DNA of 34,992 bases from a virus (taxonomy: Duplodnaviria; Caudoviricetes), in IMG/VR virus record IMGVR_UViG_3300027828_000554, positions 1 through 34,992 of that record, one strand, 5' to 3'. The position numbers and the translations under genes are program-made. Shown piece by piece: positions 8,926 to 17,083 of the stretch. Within the stretch, counting starts at the first letter, position 1. Each line of letters starts with the position of its first letter. Under the pieces are notes generated by a model. That model ran no database searches, had not been told where the DNA came from, and worked only from the letters and a program-made list of their open reading frames with translations.

Positions 8926-9258
8926 CTAAACCCCCAAGCAAACGCGATGGAAGTGAAGGAGCTGCTCTACCGCTTGCGGATGCCCAGGCATGGCCATAGT
9001 TCGATTTTCGTAATACTCGCCAACCAGGATTAAAATAGCCTGCACCACTCCGGCGGGAACCTCATCGTTAGACGTCACTTCGTCTTGTGATAAATCCCAG
9101 GGATATTCAGAGTTCTGAGGCCCTTCAATGCTGGGGCGATTCATGTAATTAGCAGCCCAATTTTCCGCAGCATCGATACACTGCTGGATATAGGTATCGT
9201 CTTCATCATGAATGACCAGTAGATGATCTTTCGCCATCGTTAAGCTGACATAGCTCAC
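8926..9258 (-). CDS. Head-tail connector (adaptor), HK97 gp6-like
   Basis: VSL..AKDHL....DEDD.YI...IDAAE, VP..V.QAILILVGEYYENR. Confidence 0.9.
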   Translation of the reverse strand: MSYVSLTMAKDHLLVIHDEDDTYIQQCIDAAENWAANYMNRPSIEGPQNSEYPWDLSQDEVTSNDEVPAGVVQAILILVGEYYENRTMAMPGHPQAVEQLLHFHRVCLGV

Positions 9259-9824
9259 TGCAATACCTCTTCAAGTTCTGCTCTAGGGAACATATCAAGA
9301 GCTGTTACTCTCGATGCATTAACAACTTCCACACCTTTCAAGTGCGGTTTCATTCGCTCAAATTGCCTTGGCCATTGATTCACTTTTCCGGCATTACCCA
9401 GGCTTTTCGGGTGATCGCCGTGCCAATGGGTTTTGCCTTCAGTGTGGCCACAGTCGTATCCAAGCATGATGACTTTTTCAGCTCCGAAATGAGCAGCCAA
9501 AAGAATCGCGCCAAGACCTGAGTTCTGTCCATGATTAAAACGGACAAACTGCACACCGTTGATGTGCTGAGCCACACTAATACGTTCACCACTGAAGTGG
9601 GGTATCACATGATCGAGATACTCCTTCCACCAATCTCTGTCCATTGCATAGAGCACATCAGCCCAGGGACAGAGCCGGTAAGTGGTGTTGGTAACGATGA
9701 CCGCTACTTTTTCTTTTTGCCGCCTTTTTTCTTCTCGCCAGAGTCTGACTCTTTCGCAGTCTGCTCTTGTGAGGCTGGGGCCACTGGCGATGCAGACGAC
9801 TGTTCGCCAGCGCCCTGCTCGGGG
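9255..9824 (-). CDS. Maf/DUF115/GT-D-like glycosyltransferase domain; frame open for 189 codons with no start codon before its first motif (probably frameshift-expressed)
   Basis: Extending the ORF upstream of GTG 9656 gives WRTVVCIASGPSLTRADC...VIVTNTTYRLCPWADVLYAMD..WW, then NSG..AI.LA...GAEKVIMLGYDC....HWHGDH...VVNAS..TAL..FPR. Confidence 0.75.
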   Translation of the reverse strand, partial: PRAGRWRTVVCIASGPSLTRADCERVRLWREEKRRQKEKVAVIVTNTTYRLCPWADVLYAMDRDWWKEYLDHVIPHFSGERISVAQHINGVQFVRFNHGQNSGLGAILLAAHFGAEKVIMLGYDCGHTEGKTHWHGDHPKSLGNAGKVNQWPRQFERMKPHLKGVEVVNASRVTALDMFPRAELEEVLQ

Positions 9825-10063
9825 TCAGCGTCTTCGCCTTTTTCGTCCGGCTGATTAGCTTCTTCCTCAGCCTTGGCTTTAGCTTTAGCTTCTTCCTCAG
9901 CCTTTGTTGAATTAGTTTTTAATTCAACAAACCCCGCTTGAACCAACTGCTTCAGGGTTTCCTGCGAGTAGTCAGTGCTATAAATGGTTTGGCCGCGACG
10001 CTTAGTTCCATGGTGGTCGAACCCTGTAAGAGCCACACCAACTGCAATTTTTTGCTTTGCCAT
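9704..10063 (-). CDS. Small protein immediately downstream of the major capsid gene (putative head-associated; frameshift leader)
   Basis: ATG with GGAG SD; about 50-aa domain (...LKQLVQAGFVE), KAEEEA repeat linker, low-complexity and Lys-rich tail. Confidence 0.75.
   Translation of the reverse strand: MAKQKIAVGVALTGFDHHGTKRRGQTIYSTDYSQETLKQLVQAGFVELKTNSTKAEEEAKAKAKAEEEANQPDEKGEDADPEQGAGEQSSASPVAPASQEQTAKESDSGEKKKGGKKKK
9778..9824 (-). other. Candidate -1 frameshift signal (GAC CCC slip plus downstream stem-loop)
   Basis: CCCC at 9824-9821; 5 nt later GGGC-GCUGGCGA pairs with UCGCCAGU-(G)-GCCC (9815-9778), with an inner CAG/CUG stem. Confidence 0.6.
9855..9904. repeat. 20-bp direct repeat encoding KAEEEA twice
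   Basis: TTAGCTTCTTCCTCAGCCTT at 9855-9874 and 9885-9904. Confidence 0.85.
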
Positions 10064-10088
10064 GAGATTTTCTCCAATTCAATGAAAC

Positions 10089-10117
10089 AAAAAAGGCGAC
10101 CAAAGGCCGCCTTTTTT
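10089..10117 (-). terminator. Intrinsic terminator after the major capsid gene
   Basis: GGCGGCC-TTT-GGTCGCC followed by TTTTTT on the minus strand; A-tract on the other side (possibly bidirectional). Confidence 0.8.
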
Positions 10118-10139
10118 AACTTGCTGATTTACTCAGTGA

Positions 10140-11363
10140 TTAAGCGCCACCAGAACCGATGGTTAAGTTACCTTTAACGAATGACTCTGGACGATAGTCA
10201 GTCAAGGCAACACGCTCTTCACAACGGATAGTGACCATGTTCTTACTGAAGTTGTCTTTATCTTCAGTGGAAATCTGAACATTGATGTCTTCACGATCCC
10301 AACCTTGTGCACCCATAGCAAACGCACCCACAAGGAACTCGTCAACAGCCAAAGCCTGAGTCGCAACCACTGGCTTCGACCATAGAGATGGCATACCAGG
10401 ATTTTGTGGATTACCGAAGATATAGTTACCGTTAGCATCTTTGGTTAACTCAATGTTGGTCCATTCGATTGGGTTCAAGACGATTGCATCTGCTTCGTAC
10501 TCCGCGAGAATTACCTGCAGCAAAGCAATGCGCAAACGATCAATGTTGGTATCGTTGGTAACATTGACTCCTGGATTTGAGTACGCTGAAGCTTGCGTAT
10601 AAAGACCGTTGATGTTCAGCCCAAGGCCAGAGCCTTTAAGAAGTTGAGCTTCTTCTTTTAGTTTCAAGCCGTATTGCAAGCGACCATTGATGTGTGATGC
10701 CAACATTGCTGAATCATCCAGCACCTGCTTAGATGCGCGGATTAAGTGAGCGATGGTTGCTACTTTCGCATCAAGAAGTTCGAAGGTGATATCCGACTCT
10801 GGCTTATCACTTGCAGGTGCCTCAGATACCACATCTGCATTATTGGTGAAGCCTGATTCGCGAACATATTCAATAGAGTTTGAATTGGTGCGGCCCCAGG
10901 TTAATAGATCGCGGATTGTCAAACGACGTTCGCCAGGAGTGATAATGCCAGGCACTCGATCAGCTTCAATGGTTGCACCGGCCGAACCATCAACAGAAGT
11001 GATAGCAGCTTTAATGTTCATGCCATATGAACCGCCAGCGCTAGATAGTCGGGCAATGTTTTCCTCAAAGCCTTCAGCACTGACAAATTTATCACCAAGC
11101 GTTTCTGGCTTTCCATTACCTTTGCCACCGTCACCAGCAACAAGACGCTGCTCAATATCCTTCATATTGGCCTGTAATTCTGAATGCTGAGACAATAACT
11201 TATCAACGCTAGCTTTTGTCTCTTCCGACATTTTTTGATGGAGTTTAATTTCTTTATCCGATTCTTCAGCATAAGCTTTCAAATCATCGCTTACCTTCTT
11301 CAGGTTAGCAGCAGTTTCTTTATACTGCTGTTCAATATCTACTTCTTTGTTTTTATCTGGCAT
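10140..11363 (-). CDS. Major capsid protein, HK97 fold with N-terminal delta (scaffold) domain
   Basis: RRLTIRDLL, EYVRE, KPES.ITF, TIAH...ASKQVLDD, EEAQLL.GSG, NFSKNMVTIRCEER.AL..YRPESF; ATG 11363 has an AGGTGA SD. Confidence 0.95.
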   Translation of the reverse strand: MPDKNKEVDIEQQYKETAANLKKVSDDLKAYAEESDKEIKLHQKMSEETKASVDKLLSQHSELQANMKDIEQRLVAGDGGKGNGKPETLGDKFVSAEGFEENIARLSSAGGSYGMNIKAAITSVDGSAGATIEADRVPGIITPGERRLTIRDLLTWGRTNSNSIEYVRESGFTNNADVVSEAPASDKPESDITFELLDAKVATIAHLIRASKQVLDDSAMLASHINGRLQYGLKLKEEAQLLKGSGLGLNINGLYTQASAYSNPGVNVTNDTNIDRLRIALLQVILAEYEADAIVLNPIEWTNIELTKDANGNYIFGNPQNPGMPSLWSKPVVATQALAVDEFLVGAFAMGAQGWDREDINVQISTEDKDNFSKNMVTIRCEERVALTDYRPESFVKGNLTIGSGGA

Positions 11364-11375
11364 AGTGGTCACCTA

Positions 11376-12218
11376 TTAAAAATTGAATGAAATTTTTGGG
11401 AGTGGTTCTAGCTCAACAGCGCTCGGCTTGTTGGTCGTAGTAGCGCCCGGCATACCACCGCCAGCAGCGCTTGGCGTGCTGGACTTTAATTCGTTAAGGA
11501 GCTTTCTGCGTTCGGCGCGTGTGATTCCTGCCTTGGCCATAGCCATATCAACTTTCTTGATGGCTGAATTGGCGCTTGTGCTTTCGTCTTCCTCTGGGTC
11601 GTAGGTCAAGATGGAATCAGCGAACCCTTGCTCTACCGCAGCAGAGCCACCAATCCATGATTCTTTATCCATGAGCTCGATCATGTCGTTGGTGGTACCG
11701 CCCGTTTTATCCGAATAAAGATCAGCCATTGCATAGTCGAACGGCTCTAGGTATTCGGCATAGTCGCGCAAATCGTTGCGATTGCCCCAACAGATGATCC
11801 ATGCGTTGTGAATCATGAAGAAGGCTGGCTTGGCGATCTGAACTTCATCACCGGCCATCGCAATAACTGATGCAGCAGAAGCAGCCAGGGAAAGCACTTT
11901 TACGGTTACTTTGCCTTTGTGTTCTTTCAGCTGCGAATAAATCGCTAGACCTTCGAACATGTCACCACCGGGACTGTTTATATACACAGTCACGTCATTC
12001 TCAGCGCCAATCGAGCGCAAGGCAGCGCCAATGCGTCGAGAGGTAACACCTTCGCCCCAGAAGTCTTCGCCAATCACATCAAGAATGGAGATGGTGTTCT
12101 CTGCCTCTTGAGCGCTGACTTTTAAATTAGGGTTCCACTTTTCCAGCGCTTTCGGGGAAATGTCCGACTTCAGGCTGGCAGGAATGTTGGCCCTCATCTT
12201 GTTGATGTCTAAATTCAT
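11376..12218 (-). CDS. ClpP-type (S14) prohead protease
   Basis: YINSPGGD.FEG.AIY, LAASAAS.IAMAGD, FMIHNAW. Confidence 0.93.
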   Translation of the reverse strand: MNLDINKMRANIPASLKSDISPKALEKWNPNLKVSAQEAENTISILDVIGEDFWGEGVTSRRIGAALRSIGAENDVTVYINSPGGDMFEGLAIYSQLKEHKGKVTVKVLSLAASAASVIAMAGDEVQIAKPAFFMIHNAWIICWGNRNDLRDYAEYLEPFDYAMADLYSDKTGGTTNDMIELMDKESWIGGSAAVEQGFADSILTYDPEEDESTSANSAIKKVDMAMAKAGITRAERRKLLNELKSSTPSAAGGGMPGATTTNKPSAVELEPLPKISFNF

Positions 12219-13507
12219 GATTTTTCCTCTTCGCCTTTATTTAACCAGTCAGAAAGTGCAGCTCTGGCGCGGTCGCCATCAGTGGCTTGCCCTAAAGAAT
12301 CGAGCGGCGCCATTGCTGTTTGCACGGTCAATACATCAGCGTTACCGCCCTTAAGCGGCATGTTTTCGAGTTTGCGAACTTCGTCGCGGGTAAAGAGCCC
12401 GTTGTTGACCATGACTGAATAGAACGATGCGCGTGCGGCGCTATCGGCTCGTAGAAGTCCTTCGATTGAGAATTCTGCGTAATACTTAAGTTGGTCTCCT
12501 GGAGACAGCAGACGCTTGTTGATGTTTTGTTCTATGCGCGTAAGCCAGGGGCGCAACGTAAATGTCAAAAAGCCAATGAGCTTCTGCTCTAAACCTGTTC
12601 CCCAGTTTGAGTCCTTGCCACCATGACCGACCATGCTTGGGTCGACTCGGAACCAGCGACAGACTTCTTCCACCGAATAATTGCGAGACTCTAAGAGCTG
12701 GGCGTCCGATGGTTTAATGCCGATCGTTTCGATTCCCATACCGCCTTCCAGTAGTGCAGTCTTTCCAGAATTTACAGCGCCACCGATTGATTCAATCGAG
12801 GCTCGATACTCTTTCCGCTGCTCTGGCTTAAGAACCTTGTCGATAGTCAATGCGGTTGTGGGCATCAATCCGCGTTCAAAGGTTTTGTTCGCTGCTTCAG
12901 TTGAAGCCAGCGCCGAACCAAATACTGCAGCACCATAAGAAATGGTTGAAAGGCCCCATTTACCATCCAGGCTAAATCCTGGAATATGGAACAAGTTCTC
13001 TTGTTTTAGGTCTCTTTGCTTTCCGTTGGATTCGAGATATTTCCACTGCAATTCCCCTTGGCTATCCTTTTGGGCTGTTATTCGACTGGGAGCTAAAAAA
13101 TCAAGAGCTACTAATCTATTGCCAATAAACTTCTTTTCTGAAAAGCCGTTTCCTCGCAGCAAGATAGCAGCGGTGTTTGCTTCCCAAAAAGTAGAGGATG
13201 TACTGCTAGCGTTCGGCGACCGCCTTAAAATCGGATACAAAGGATGATTGGTAGCCTCAACCCTTCCGCTCGACGTTTTCTCATAAAGCTTTAGTGGTAA
13301 AGTGCCAATCGTTTCCGAGATTAAGCGCGTACATGCCCAAGCCGCTGACAGCGACATGACCGTTTTTTCTGAAATCTTCTGGCCAGCGGAATTTGTGGTA
13401 CCGTAATATTGCGCCCAGAAATCACCATCGGTTAATTCGATGGGGACGCCTAACCAGTTGAGAATGGCGGACTTAACTTTTCCAACTTTCTTTTGTGGTT
13501 TTTTCAT
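12215..13507 (-). CDS. Portal protein, HK97 family
   Basis: SAAWAC.RLISETI.TLPL, LLRGNG, DAQLLESR.YSVEEVCRWFRV.P..VG, EGLLRAD, T.DEVR.LEN.P. Confidence 0.95.
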   Translation of the reverse strand: MKKPQKKVGKVKSAILNWLGVPIELTDGDFWAQYYGTTNSAGQKISEKTVMSLSAAWACTRLISETIGTLPLKLYEKTSSGRVEATNHPLYPILRRSPNASSTSSTFWEANTAAILLRGNGFSEKKFIGNRLVALDFLAPSRITAQKDSQGELQWKYLESNGKQRDLKQENLFHIPGFSLDGKWGLSTISYGAAVFGSALASTEAANKTFERGLMPTTALTIDKVLKPEQRKEYRASIESIGGAVNSGKTALLEGGMGIETIGIKPSDAQLLESRNYSVEEVCRWFRVDPSMVGHGGKDSNWGTGLEQKLIGFLTFTLRPWLTRIEQNINKRLLSPGDQLKYYAEFSIEGLLRADSAARASFYSVMVNNGLFTRDEVRKLENMPLKGGNADVLTVQTAMAPLDSLGQATDGDRARAALSDWLNKGEEEKS

Positions 13508-15186
13508 ATAATTACTGGATCCGCCAAGAAGTCATCTAAACCGCCATCATCTTCGTTATCTTGCATCCAACGCCCCATAGCCATGATCATCGCGACTACG
13601 CCATCAATCTTGCATCGATGGTCGTAGAGCGCTTCTTTGTTTGGGTAAATGTTTTCTTTGATGTCTAGCTTTGCTGTGACGTTGCCCATCTGCCAGGTTG
13701 TGCAGGGGTTACCGTCATGGAATAACTTGCCATCGAGTATCAATCCCTCGAGCTCTTTCATAGGTTCGGACATATTCAGAACCGTGTGTTTATACTCGAC
13801 CAGGCTTTCAACGCCTTCTTCCATTAGCTTCTGAACCAGATAGGTTGCCTGGAATGGGTCGTAAGCTGTGCTCCTGACATCGAAATCTTCGTATGCCTGA
13901 AGAATGTCTTCCTTGATGAAGTCGTAGTCAGTCATGTTGCCGGGGGTTACCGTCAAGTGACCGCTGTTCTGATACTCCTGGTACTTGTCATTCTCGAGTA
14001 CGGCCGATTCGGGCACGTAGTATTTCGCGAATGTGTGATATTTATTTCCTTTCTTGAACAAGAAAGTCAGCGCTGCAAGGTCTTTTTTGGATGCCAGGTC
14101 AAGCGCAAGGTGGCATTCGAGTCCGAGAAAATCTTCAATTTTGATTTTCTTTTTAGCGCGTTGCCAGGCAAGCATGTTCATCCATGCTGTTTTCGCGCCA
14201 ACCCACTGATTTAAGTGCTTGGTGCGGTACGCATTCTGTTTGCTGGCTGAGCGCCTGGCGATAGCCAGTTGCTGCAGCAAGAACTCTTCGCTTACTGAAA
14301 CCCCGTAATTCGGGTTCGCTTTTATTAGCGCTTCTTCTGAGTCCCACTGGTCATCATCATCGATGCCGTAAATCAGAACAAAGAGGCGTTCGTCCTCGAT
14401 GCTGCCATTCAATACCTTGATGGCATCGCGCTCTTTCTCGTAGCAAGGACCACCAAGATTAGAGCCAGCGGTTGTGATCACCAGCATCAACGGTTGCTCT
14501 CGAGCACCCATGCCAGTGACCATCGTTTCGTAAAGTTCGTCTTTGTCGTGTTCGTGGTATTCGTCCACGATGGCACACGATGGCGAACTACCATCGCCGG
14601 GGTTTCCTACCAGCGGTTCAAATCGCGAACCATCCGATAAGACACATAAGTTTTTGGCGTTGACTTCAATGTCAAAGCGCTCTCGAAACTCTTCCGACTT
14701 ATGAGCCATAAGCCTGGCTGGTCTAAAAACCTCCCAGGCCTGCTTCTCAGTGGTCGCACCCGAGTACACTTCCGCGCCATATTCGTTATCAGCGACAAAC
14801 ATCTTGTTGCCGATAGCTGCGGCTAGTGCAGACTTCCCGTTCTTACGCGGGACTTTCCAATAAACTTCAGTAAATCTGCGCTTATCGTCGGACTTCTTTT
14901 TCCATCCGAAGATGTTGCAAACCCCGAACTTTTGCCAGGGTTGCAGTTTTAAAGTTTGGTTCTTTTGAGCCCATCGCCCCTTGGTGTGAGGCATCAGCTC
15001 AATGAAATTGACAGCCTTTTCAGCTGCTTCAGAATCGAAGTAGAACGGCCACTTCTTCTGCTGCGACTTTTCTAAATCAGATAGAAATCGCTTGCAGGCA
15101 TTGATGGTGTGCTGACACGCAAGAATTTCCTTGGATACTATCTTCTCTGCGTACTCGAGAGCATCCGTACAGTGTGGGAAGTTCAT
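13504..15186 (-). CDS. terL: Terminase large subunit
   Basis: LQPWQ, Walker A VPRKNGKS, Walker B IVDEYHEH, ITTAG, DLAS..DL, KIDGVVA. Confidence 0.95.
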   Translation of the reverse strand: MNFPHCTDALEYAEKIVSKEILACQHTINACKRFLSDLEKSQQKKWPFYFDSEAAEKAVNFIELMPHTKGRWAQKNQTLKLQPWQKFGVCNIFGWKKKSDDKRRFTEVYWKVPRKNGKSALAAAIGNKMFVADNEYGAEVYSGATTEKQAWEVFRPARLMAHKSEEFRERFDIEVNAKNLCVLSDGSRFEPLVGNPGDGSSPSCAIVDEYHEHDKDELYETMVTGMGAREQPLMLVITTAGSNLGGPCYEKERDAIKVLNGSIEDERLFVLIYGIDDDDQWDSEEALIKANPNYGVSVSEEFLLQQLAIARRSASKQNAYRTKHLNQWVGAKTAWMNMLAWQRAKKKIKIEDFLGLECHLALDLASKKDLAALTFLFKKGNKYHTFAKYYVPESAVLENDKYQEYQNSGHLTVTPGNMTDYDFIKEDILQAYEDFDVRSTAYDPFQATYLVQKLMEEGVESLVEYKHTVLNMSEPMKELEGLILDGKLFHDGNPCTTWQMGNVTAKLDIKENIYPNKEALYDHRCKIDGVVAMIMAMGRWMQDNEDDGGLDDFLADPVII

Positions 15187-15569
15187 ACATTGTCAAAACC
15201 ACTCTTCTTTTTCGGTTCTGGAATTTTTACCTTTTGTCGATCGCTAGGGGTTAAACCAAAGCGACTGGCCAGAGCGATGTATTGCTGAAAGTGACTGGCC
15301 ACAAAATCATCCGAGGTTCTTATCCGGTAAATGACCAGGCATAGCATTTCGAAACTTACTCGGTCGCTGTCACCAGCGACACCATCAGGAATTATCTTCT
15401 TCAGCTCACGCCAAACTTTTTTCAGTTCCGGGTTGAAGTGTTTTGGCGGATTGCCAACATCGAGCTTCTTCGGCTCTGGAATTAAGTGATCATCACGATG
15501 GCGATCAGGGTTGTGCTTGGCAGAGCCGTTGATCAGCTTTAAGTGATTTGGTTTCGCGGTTCTGCCCAT
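15183..15569 (-). CDS. terS: Terminase small subunit (P27-like)
   Basis: GR..KP..LKL..G, PPKH, FGLTPSDR; ATGA overlap with terL. Confidence 0.88.
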   Translation of the reverse strand: MGRTAKPNHLKLINGSAKHNPDRHRDDHLIPEPKKLDVGNPPKHFNPELKKVWRELKKIIPDGVAGDSDRVSFEMLCLVIYRIRTSDDFVASHFQQYIALASRFGLTPSDRQKVKIPEPKKKSGFDNV

Positions 15570-15584
15570 TTTCTAATTTTGAGG

Positions 15585-15652
15585 ATGAAAAAAAACGTTT
15601 TGGGGCGCGGTCTCCGTTCGGATCGCCCTAAAGTTTCGACCCACCCCCTCCC
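15585..15652 (-). other. Putative cos region (3'-overhang type), core near CGCGCCCCAA (15609-15600)
   Basis: Between HNH and terS: GGGGGTGGGTCGAAACT...GACCGCGCCCCAAAACGTTTTTTTT, the layout typical of HK97/D3-like cos sites. Confidence 0.6.
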
Positions 15653-15903
15653 TCTACTGAAAATCCGTTGATATAAATGTCTACATCGCCCAGAAACCAC
15701 TCTGTTTGCGGCTCTTTAGTGCGTTTATCTACCAATAGCTTGCCATTCGCGCTTGTTTTAAGGCGTTTAACATAGCCTGAGACAGTGTCAGCGGTAATGG
15801 CTTTTTCTATCTTTTCGCCATTCAGCCAAACCAAAACCTTGTCTCTCATAACCTTGCGATAGTTCTGATAGCCAGGGTCGTTTTTGTTAGTAGACAGTCT
15901 CAT
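15628..15903 (-). CDS. Hypothetical protein
   Basis: 91-aa ORF coupled (ATGA) to HNH. Confidence 0.65.
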   Translation of the reverse strand: MRLSTNKNDPGYQNYRKVMRDKVLVWLNGEKIEKAITADTVSGYVKRLKTSANGKLLVDKRTKEPQTEWFLGDVDIYINGFSVEGGGGSKL

Positions 15904-16223
15904 AGCTGACTTTCCTTCTGAGTTTTAATCTTGTCGTGGCGTTGGCAGATAGTTTGCAGGTTTTCTTCGTCATCACTACCACCTTGCGACTTAGGGACTC
16001 TATGGTCGCAGACGCCATGCTTTGGCCCGTGCAGCTCAACAGCTGTTACCCTACCTTCTTCGATGCACATCTGACACAGATAGTTATCACGCTCGAATAC
16101 ACGCTTACGCTTACGTTCCCACGGTCTGCCACCCCTGCCTTTGCCCCATCGTTGGTTCTTCTTGATCTCATGAACCTTGGTCTTAGGCTTAAGCGGTTTG
16201 TGTGTAGCGGGTGCGTTAGGCAT
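15900..16223 (-). CDS. HNH endonuclease (HK97 gp74-like terminase cofactor)
   Basis: RVFERDNYLCQMC...DHRVPK..GGSD.EENLQTIC..H..KT; upstream of terS. Confidence 0.9.
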   Translation of the reverse strand: MPNAPATHKPLKPKTKVHEIKKNQRWGKGRGGRPWERKRKRVFERDNYLCQMCIEEGRVTAVELHGPKHGVCDHRVPKSQGGSDDEENLQTICQRHDKIKTQKESQL

Positions 16224-16434
16224 CTATTGGCGTACCATCCATATAGGTTCGCGGCTGGTCGTCGTCATCAAGATCATCAATCTCAGACAGAGCTTCAAGC
16301 AGCTGAGCGTTAATTCTGACCAAAGAGTCAACCGAATGAACCAGAGCACCAATAGCCTCAGTCTGCTGACCAATGGCAGCAACAAGCCTATCGGTATCAC
16401 TCTCTGCTTTCTTGGTTGGTTTCTTTGCTGTCAT
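16216..16434 (-). CDS. Hypothetical protein (coiled coil, TYMDGTP end)
   Basis: ORF between the spanins and HNH; start 16434 or 16461. Confidence 0.65.
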   Translation of the reverse strand: MTAKKPTKKAESDTDRLVAAIGQQTEAIGALVHSVDSLVRINAQLLEALSEIDDLDDDDQPRTYMDGTPIDA

Positions 16435-16714
16435 CTTGTTCAATACCTTTTTGCCATTCAATAATGGCTTGCTTGTCCGCGTTGCAGGTCTGTATCTGGC
16501 CCTGCAACAGCAGACTGTAATCAGTTAAATCCCGGTTAGTGGGTGTTTTGCCTGATGTAGTTTGCAAGGTAGGAATCGGTGTTTCCTTTAGGTATTCGCC
16601 AGGTGGAAAGTAAGGCTTCACCACCGTCACTTTCTCTCTGATTGGCGGAGTTGTTGAGCAGCTGGATAACATCAGGAGGAACAGGAGCGTCATACCAATC
16701 TTGAATGTCTTCAT
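16397..16714 (-). CDS. Rz1: o-spanin (Rz1-like lipoprotein)
   Basis: Lipobox LLMLSS-C, Pro-rich segment, CNADK.AI..W; overlaps the i-spanin 3' end. Confidence 0.85.
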   Translation of the reverse strand: MKTFKIGMTLLFLLMLSSCSTTPPIREKVTVVKPYFPPGEYLKETPIPTLQTTSGKTPTNRDLTDYSLLLQGQIQTCNADKQAIIEWQKGIEQDDSKETNQESRE

Positions 16715-17003
16715 TATTACTTCCTAGCAGGTCAAGCTGACTAGCGGTTGCTTGAGTGGCTTTCTGGATAGCTTCTAACTTCGTTCGATTGTCCAGGCTA
16801 ACCTGTCGTTCGACCGTCGCCTGCTTCTCAAGCATGCTAATAGCCTGAGATTGAGACATAATTACATCGTTATAGAACGCTGCCTGTTCAGCCTTATCAG
16901 CCTTAAGGTCATCAACCTTCTCGCCAAAATAGCTGTACTGGAATAAGTTCACAGCGACCGACAGCAACAAAGCCATCACGATTAATAGAATTTTAGGTAC
17001 CAT
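16536..17003 (-). CDS. Rz: i-spanin (Rz-like)
   Basis: Single N-terminal TM, coiled coil, W.D.PVP.DV..LL motif. Confidence 0.82.
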   Translation of the reverse strand: MVPKILLIVMALLLSVAVNLFQYSYFGEKVDDLKADKAEQAAFYNDVIMSQSQAISMLEKQATVERQVSLDNRTKLEAIQKATQATASQLDLLGSNNEDIQDWYDAPVPPDVIQLLNNSANQRESDGGEALLSTWRIPKGNTDSYLANYIRQNTH

Positions 17004-17083
17004 AAGAGGTTCTCCTGTTATATCTAGCAGCGACGCCCACCCGGAGAGAAGTGACGAACAAGGGCGCCGCCCTAGATTTTCGG

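Noticed and set aside
9255-9656. ORF-track start at GTG 9656 for the glycosyltransferase
   Set aside because: No SD, and it truncates the first two family motifs
9704-9735. AAA AAG runs at the end of the 119-aa ORF as the main frameshift site
   Set aside because: Slippery-looking, but shifting here would skip the conserved VCIASGPSL motif; it cannot be excluded as a minor site
195-14798. Many 60-145 aa antisense or alternate-frame ORFs in the track over the structural genes
   Set aside because: They are shadows of well-supported minus-strand genes, with no motifs or SD support
17029-17070. Inverted repeat between the endolysin and Rz, and a 12-mer CACCCGGAGAGA also found near 27948
   Set aside because: Long loop and no U-tract; a single 12-bp match could be chance and I cannot assign a function
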